DNA of 1,060 nucleotides from Escherichia coli (GTDB lineage Bacteria; Pseudomonadota; Gammaproteobacteria; Enterobacterales; Enterobacteriaceae): NCBI RefSeq assembly GCF_003334385.1, contig NZ_QOWN01000129.1; one strand, 5' to 3'. Shown piece by piece: positions 1 to 1,060 of this stretch (position 1 is its first letter; each line of letters starts with the position of its first letter). The notes under the pieces were generated by a model. It saw only the letters and a program-made list of their open reading frames with translations, ran no database searches and was not told where the DNA came from. The position numbers and the translations under genes were made by a program.

Positions 1-402
1 CTCCCCGCCATTGACGATCAAAAATCCTTTCCCCGGGGCACGTATGCCACACACCAGGGCGGACTCTGGCGGGCGTATGAAAAAACGCACGGGATGCGGG
101 GATGGGAATGCCTGGTTGACGGGGTGGCGGATATTGACGTCAGCATGACGGGTGAACGGTTGTTCTCTGTGGTGGTCCGGCAGAGCAGTGGCCAGCGTAC
201 GGAAAAAACATTTTCCCTGCCGGTGATGCTCTACCGCGGTGTGTTCAGAGCCGGTGAAACCTACCACCCCGGCGATACGGTGACGTGGGGGGGCTCGCTG
301 TGGCACTGCAACAGTATGACCGAAGATAAACCCGGAGAAGCTCATTCATCAGCCTGGACCCTGGCTGCAAAACGTGGGCGGGATGCAGGAGGCGGAAAAT
401 GA
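1..402 (+). CDS. Phage structural-module protein of unknown function, 5'-partial (start lies upstream of the window); C-terminal region has a tandem W/G-rich motif resembling a small carbohydrate-binding (CBM5/12-like) domain
   Basis: Frame 1 is open from nt 1 through the TGA at 400-402 (hand-translated, no in-frame stop in 1..93), so the ATG at 94 in the ORF track is probably internal. Stop overlaps the next gene's start (ATGA, 399-402). Same strand and codon style as the two recognisable phage genes downstream. Product is unassigned; the motif resemblance is from memory only. Confidence 0.65.
   Translation, partial: LPAIDDQKSFPRGTYATHQGGLWRAYEKTHGMRGWECLVDGVADIDVSMTGERLFSVVVRQSSGQRTEKTFSLPVMLYRGVFRAGETYHPGDTVTWGGSLWHCNSMTEDKPGEAHSSAWTLAAKRGRDAGGGK
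387..392 (+). promoter_or_regulatory. Shine-Dalgarno (AGGAGG) for the connector gene, lying inside the 3' end of the upstream CDS
   Basis: Perfect AGGAGG with a 6-nt spacer to ATG 399; the start then overlaps the upstream TGA, a typical translational-coupling arrangement. Confidence 0.7.
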
Positions 403-725
403 CGGCATTACTGACACTGGAAGAGATCAAGGCACATCTGCGTGTTGACCATGACGCGGATGATGACATGCTGATGGACAAGGTTCGTCAGGCTACCGCC
501 GTGCTGCTGGCCTACATTCAGGGCAGCCGGGATAAAGTGATTCGTGAGGACGGTGAACTGATCCCGGGCGAGGCATTAACCCGGATGAAGGGGGCTGCCA
601 TGCGACTGACCGGGATGCTGTACCGGAATCCGGATCTTGCGGAGCGGGAAGAACTGCTTCAGGGGGAGCTGCCGTTTTCTGTTTCCGTGCTGATTTACGA
701 TTTGCGTTGTCCGACGGTGTTATGA
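399..725 (+). CDS. Phage gp6-like head-tail connector (head-tail adaptor / DNA-packaging) protein, 108 aa
   Basis: The N-terminus MTALLTLEEIKAHLRVDHDADDDMLMDKVRQATAVLLAYIQ matches the signature of the gp6-like connector family (LTLEE-K-HLRVD, then an acidic D-rich stretch, then a helical A/L-rich segment). Size (~100-110 aa) is typical. Perfect AGGAGG at 387-392 sits 6 nt upstream of the ATG. Start overlaps the upstream stop; stop at 723-725. Confidence 0.85.
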   Translation: MTALLTLEEIKAHLRVDHDADDDMLMDKVRQATAVLLAYIQGSRDKVIREDGELIPGEALTRMKGAAMRLTGMLYRNPDLAEREELLQGELPFSVSVLIYDLRCPTVL

Positions 726-730
726 GGAGG
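724..730 (+). promoter_or_regulatory. Shine-Dalgarno (GAGGAGG) for the head-closure gene, overlapping the stop codon of the connector gene
   Basis: GAGGAGG at 724-730, followed by GGGA and then ATG at 735; it overlaps the TGA stop (723-725) of the preceding gene. Confidence 0.7.
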
Positions 731-734
731 GGGA

Positions 735-1060
735 ATGGCAATATCTGCAGGTCGTCTGACACAGATGATAAGTGTTCTGAACCCGGTGTTAACCCGTAAT
801 GCTGCCGGAGAAATGACGGAAGAATGGGTGTCATGCGGGAAAATTCATGCGGATATCCGGGGCAGGAGCAGCCGGGAGCGGATGCAGTCCGGTGCGGAAA
901 TGGCGCAGGCGGAAATCCGCATCTGGGTGCGCGGTCAGTCCGGTCGGGAAATCACGGCGGCGTCACGACTTCATGTGCTGAGTGGTCCCTGGCGTGACTG
1001 TATCCTGAATGTTGTCGGGGTGCCCGTGCCGGATGCGACCGGCGGGCGCCTGGAAATTCT
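735..1060 (+). CDS. Phage head closure / head-tail joining protein (HK97 gp7 / SPP1 gp16-like family), 3'-partial
   Basis: Open frame from ATG 735 to the window end with no stop (hand-translated: MAISAGRLTQMISVLNPVLTRNAAGEMTEEWVSCGKIHADIRGRSSRERMQSGAEMAQAEIRIWVRGQSGREITAASRLHVLSGPWRDCILNVVGVPVPDATGGRLEI...). The pattern (N-terminal R-x-R/L, G-E-x-x-E-W, A-x-I-R-x-x-S-x-R-E, Q-A-E-I-R-I-W-V-R) fits this family, and the position directly after a gp6-like connector gene is the canonical order. Preceded by GAGGAGG at 724-730. Confidence 0.75.
   Translation, partial: MAISAGRLTQMISVLNPVLTRNAAGEMTEEWVSCGKIHADIRGRSSRERMQSGAEMAQAEIRIWVRGQSGREITAASRLHVLSGPWRDCILNVVGVPVPDATGGRLEI

Noticed and set aside
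79-86. G-A6-C runs (also at 202-209) as possible programmed frameshift slippery sites
   Set aside because: In the reading frame they fall as GAA-AAA-AC, which does not give a canonical X-XXY-YYZ heptamer, and no downstream stem-loop or pseudoknot is evident. Both simply encode E-K-T.
94-96. ATG at 94 as the true start of the first gene, as implied by the ORF track
   Set aside because: The frame is open all the way back to nt 1 with no in-frame stop, no Shine-Dalgarno precedes 94, and the first repeat copy (nt 28-87) lies upstream of it. The gene most likely begins outside the window.
245-481. 78-aa minus-strand ORF from the six-frame track
   Set aside because: Lies entirely antisense to the two + strand genes, with a low-complexity S/R/C-rich translation typical of the antisense frame of GC-rich coding sequence. 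The + strand assignment is supported by a recognisable family match and a Shine-Dalgarno site.
700-735. Possible intrinsic terminator between the connector and head-closure genes
   Set aside because: The 9-nt gap is filled by a Shine-Dalgarno sequence; there is no GC-rich hairpin followed by a T-tract.
493-834. 113-aa minus-strand ORF from the six-frame track
   Set aside because: Antisense to the connector and head-closure genes and spanning their junction; its translation is P/S/R-rich low-complexity; no Shine-Dalgarno-like sequence upstream of its start (reverse complement of 835-850 is GCATGAATTTTCCCGC).
850-859. Perfect 10-bp palindrome CGGATATCCG (contains an EcoRV site)
   Set aside because: A 10-bp palindrome is expected by chance about once in a window of this size and composition; it lies inside a coding region with no flanking operator-like context.
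1-1060. Novel defence or accessory system, CRISPR array, or mobile-element termini
   Set aside because: The window is essentially 100% occupied by three phage morphogenesis genes with junctions of 9 nt or less. There are no direct-repeat/spacer arrays, no inverted-repeat termini, no non-coding space, and no ORF with nuclease, ATPase or toxin-like motifs.

Overview
The window is tightly packed with three co-directional + strand genes that look like the head-completion/head-tail connection module of a tailed phage or prophage with an HK97-like head; I see no evidence of a novel system here. Gene 1 (1..402) is 5'-truncated and of unknown function, with a Trp/Gly/His-rich C-terminus. Gene 2 (399..725) resembles gp6-like head-tail connector proteins and gene 3 (735..1060, 3'-truncated) resembles head closure / head-tail joining proteins. 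Gene 1 and 2 overlap in an ATGA stop/start, and genes 2 and 3 are 9 nt apart with a strong Shine-Dalgarno between them. GC content is about 60% on the two lines I counted by hand, and codon usage looks enterobacterial (CTG, CCG, CGG/CGT rich). No RNA genes, CRISPR repeats, insertion-sequence ends or convincing terminators are visible. The one feature worth follow-up is an internal tandem repeat in gene 1 whose second copy resembles a small carbohydrate-binding module. All family assignments are from reading the translations and recalling family motifs, not from a database search.
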